Shown here: positions 60,358 to 64,000 of the stretch, piece after piece
Position numbering within the stretch: the stretch's first letter is position 1
Layout: each line of letters opens with the position of its first letter
Source: Anneissia japonica
Lineage: Eukaryota
Length of the DNA: 64,000 nt
NCBI RefSeq assembly: GCF_011630105.1
Contig: NW_022727368.1
Location: forward strand, 169,157 to 233,156
Direction of reading: 5' to 3'
The notes under the pieces: model-generated
Told to the model about the DNA's origin: nothing
The model's input: the letters and a program-made list of their open reading frames with translations, nothing else
The model's database searches: none
Program-made: the position numbers and the translations under genes

Positions 60358-61547
60358 AAGTATAATAAGGAAGCTTTTGATTAAATATTGTAATCATGTA
60401 TTATTTGTGTATCTTCTTGAAGAATTATATATTTTAATTTTTTTAATACATACAGTACTATAATTTAGTTATATGTTTAAAGTAACCTTGTATAATTTTT
60501 GATTTTTAAAACATTTACCTTTTTAGGTGTGCTTTGGTTAAAGAAACAGTCATAGTATCTTAATTAGAGAACAAAATGACAGTGGATTCTTGTTCTTTTT
60601 TATAAGAATTTACCATTGCCACATGAAAAATATGCAGTGCCGGATCAAGGAATTTTGCGAACAAAGGTGGCCCGGGGAGGGAATTTTATGTCGATCTCGC
60701 CTCTAGGTGGCTGGAAACTTCCTTCCACCCCCACCCCTCCCCCATAATTTTTTACATTTTCAAAATGTTGGGGTCTGCCTGTGATTTGTGTTATCTCATG
60801 TATATTTTTTATATTTTGTTTAGTATTAAAAAAAACTTACCAATATAAGACTAGTGTCATCTTTATCATTGTTATACTGTATAGTCATCACCATCATCAT
60901 CTTCATTATTCACATCATCACCATTAAATAATAGATTTCAAACAAATTAAGGTGTTTTTTGTTTTTAAGCAAGTTTGATCAACCCAGACCAGTGGCAGAT
61001 TCAAGAGGTGTGGGTGGTGGGGCCATCCTGAAAGTGCCATCTAGTGGTACCATACCAACCATGTTGGGGCTGAAGCAATCCACCATCCATCTGTTTTAGG
61101 CGAGTCGAGTGGCCGAGTGGTAAGGCAGGGGCGCCGCTGCTAACTACCTCCTTAACATCGACGCTGGCTCCAGCTGCTCCTCCCCCAGGGTTCGTTTGGT
61201 AGAACTAATTCTTCTCGGATAAGGACAAAAAATGGAGGCCTGTGTACACATTAGCTGCTATGATTCATTTCAGCCCTGTCGTGAAGTGATGTGAACATAT
61301 CGGTACTATAAGCGCCTCTTTACAGCCACAAGGTAATCACGGACCACACATTGACACTGCGAGTTGTGGGTTCTCCTACCTTTTCCGTACATTCGCCTTT
61401 CCCTTCATGGGCCCTCTCTATTTCAAATTCAGCAGACCATGACAAATTCAGGTTGATTAATTTTTTTTTACAGGGCTCCTAAGATAAATTTAGGCTCAGC
61501 ATTATTTAATATCTTAATCATTGTATTATTTAATTTAAGTTTCAGCC

Positions 61548-61650
61548 TCGGCCTACCCTACACTTAACCAGGTAGAACCAGTTAGAAATTCAGCCTTCCG
61601 TGAATCTGTAAGCCCACACAGCCAAGAAACCTTCAACAGTTGTGATAGTA
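61548..61650 (+). CDS. PARP4: Exon (SAYPTLNQVEPVRNSAFRESVSPHSQETFNSCD), phase 1/1.
   Basis: Acceptor aagtttcag| and donor GATA|gtaagt. Confidence 0.3.
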
Positions 61651-61978
61651 AGTAAACATTTTAAAATGGTTGTTAGTTATATTGTAACCATTAATCATTT
61701 TAGTTTCTTACTGAAAAATCAAAATACACATAAAAAAAAACTGCTGTTGCTGATGTTTGTTATAGAGAAAAAGTATAGTATTATAGAATCAACTGACTAT
61801 CAGTGTTGTTCCACTTTAAAAAATAAATTCCAATTGAGGCTTGATATTCACATTCTCCACATTATAAACTTTAAATTGATGAGTCATTTACTGGAATCGA
61901 CTGACTGCTGCCAAAGTTAAGAGTGAAAGTATTTTTTCACCGTGCAGAGGACTATAAACTATAGTATTTTATTTGTAG

Positions 61979-62035
61979 ATATATCATTTGAGTATACGGG
62001 ACCCGGCTGTGCATCTCTCGGAGGTACTGGCAATG
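61979..62035 (+). CDS. PARP4: Exon (ISFEYTGPGCASLGGTGN). Tandem-duplicated as 63229..63285 (ILCDMLSRGSSSPQLGAN).
   Basis: Acceptor tttgtag| and donor AATG|gtttgt in both copies. About 1.25-kb duplicated unit, 61700-62420 versus 62940-63600. Confidence 0.3.
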
Positions 62036-64000
62036 GTTTGTACTTCTTGTGTTTTCTTGTAATATAAAATGTTAAAGGCTGCGTTTATACAGCACTTATT
62101 ACTTTACGTTTTGTTATTTTTTGCTGCGAACCTTGGCCCAATGTTTCCGATATGTTATTTGATGAGAATCAGATAATTTATCAGAAGCAGCTCCAAAATA
62201 CTAAAAAAAATTAACTTTTGACCAAGGTCAAATTTCGGTACTGTACACACACAGAATTATTTTTTGGAACTTTAATTTGTGCGAATGTTCTCAGGCAACT
62301 AGGCCTATTATCAAAACACTTTAATAAATAGTGAGTAATTTTTTTCCGGCTTATTATTAAAAAAAAGACTTGACATCCACGGTGCAGCCCAGCTACCCTG
62401 GGCCTAGGTCTGACCATATTGTATATTGTACCGTAAAATACACCAATGCTGCATTCATTTTCGTTGATACTTCAAAATATATATATGTTATCTTTTTTTT
62501 TTTGTCTTAACTTTTTTTTTCATTTTCTTTCTTGTGTTTTCTTTTCTTTTCCTTACCTTTTCTCTCTTATGTTTCCTTATCTTTTTCTTCCCCTTTTCTT
62601 TCTTATGCTTCCTTTTTATTTTCATTTCTTTACTTTCTTATGTTTCCTTGACATATCCTTTTCCTTGTTAGTAGTATATTAAGAAATTTAATATTATTTG
62701 GCAATTCAAAATACTGAAGAAGAGTAAAGTACAAATTGAGTTTTTGCTTTAGTTAGTGAGTGTACTATTAATTAGTTAGTGAAGAATCTTTTTATTTGTG
62801 CGACGACGTGACACTAGAAAGGATTCACGCATGCGTGATCGTTCTATATTTTCTGCACAACGTTCTCACATGCGCCAATGACTTTATGTGATGCCATTAC
62901 ATTCTACCGTCGTCGTGAAATTGAAAGTTCCCTATTACTTTTTCTATAATTGCTGTTGCTGATGTTTGTTATAGTGGAAAAGTATTTTATTATAGAATGA
63001 AATATCAGTTGTTTTTTTTTTTTTCATAAAAAAAAAACAATTGAAGTTTGCCATCCCAAAACCTGCATCAGCAACCAAAAAATGATATTGACTTTTTGAT
63101 ATTCACATTCTCCACATTATAAACTTTAAATTGATGGGTAATTTACTGGAATCGACTGACTGTTGCCAAAGTTGTGAGTGAAAGTATTTTGTCACTGTGC
63201 ATATTATTTTGTCTTTATTTTATTTGTAGATATACTATGTGATATGTTATCCCGTGGATCATCATCTCCCCAACTTGGTGCCAATGGTTTGTAACTTCTT
63301 GTGTTTTCTTGTAAAATAAAATGTTTTGGGCTCTGTTTCTGCAGGACTTACTACTTTACATTTTGTTATTTTTCATTGCAAACCTGTGCTCAAAGTTTCC
63401 TATATATTACTTGATGAGAATCAGATAATTTATCGGAAACAACTCCAAAATACTAAAAAAATTTAACTTCTGACCAAGGTCAAATTACAGTTCAGTACAC
63501 GCAAAGAATTTTTTTGTACCCGTGGGAACTTCTTTAATTTGTGAAAATGTTTGTTAGGCAACTAGGCCCAGTATCTTTTCAGTCAGTCAGTCAACAGTAG
63601 ATTTTCTTTGTAGCAAGTCAATAATCCAATCAATCCTGGGACTGTGGTTATTGGCATGAGTTGCAGAGTGGAAACACATTCTTCTTAGGTCAATATTAAA
63701 ATTAGGATATTTCTCTTGGACAGATGATGAGAGCTCCGATCCCTGGACAGACAGGATTATTACCAGCTTTATTTTACATATTTGTCTATACTTAGTCCTA
63801 TCCTCTTTTTCTTTTTCCGACCTTTAGCACATTCTCATCTGAGTTTTAAAGAAAAAATAGAATGATCCTGCCATCCTGCTAATCTTAATCGAGCTGATGG
63901 CCCCAACAAGCTAACCACCACCCACCACTACTAATTACATCTGCTATCTTGCTGTTATGTAAATATTCACGCATTCTTGTCATGAGCCATGTTCTTTGGA

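Noticed and set aside
1-64000. Possibility that the window is a prokaryotic or phage defence island with a novel system
   Set aside because: There are no operon-like ORF arrays. Long ORFs are interrupted by GT-AG introns with consistent phase. SINEs, MITEs, microsatellites and a DIRS retroelement are present. Homologous segments to human PARP4 appear in exon order. The sequence is clearly a metazoan nuclear locus.

Overview
This window is eukaryotic (metazoan) nuclear DNA, not a prokaryotic locus: it has many short exons with canonical GT-AG introns, tRNA-derived SINEs, MITEs, microsatellites and a tyrosine-recombinase retroelement. Two multi-exon protein genes lie head-to-head. Gene A (minus strand, ~16.5 kb to the window start) encodes a large, N-glycosylated, CxC-cysteine-rich protein with a signal-anchor, of unknown family. 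It has 15 phase-consistent coding exons; one gap at 13.2-14.2 kb is unresolved. Gene B (plus strand, ~18.6 kb to at least 63.3 kb) is a clear homologue of vault poly(ADP-ribose) polymerase PARP4, with BRCT, PARP catalytic, VIT and vWA regions. I mapped 25 core exons and its 3' portion continues as a 48-58 kb array of tandemly duplicated phase-1/1 mini-exons. Its introns contain a truncated DIRS-like retroelement with inverted terminal repeats (52.25-54.69 kb), a degenerate LINE fragment, several SINE and MITE families, and an exact Illumina Nextera mate-pair junction adapter (47349-47386) that marks a probable assembly chimera next to a segmental duplication. I worked by eye from the printed sequence, so exon coordinates are accurate to about ±2 nt. 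I found no defence-island-type system. The most interesting biology here is the PARP4 mini-exon array, splice donors derived from DIRS termini, and the orphan CxC-rich glycoprotein gene.
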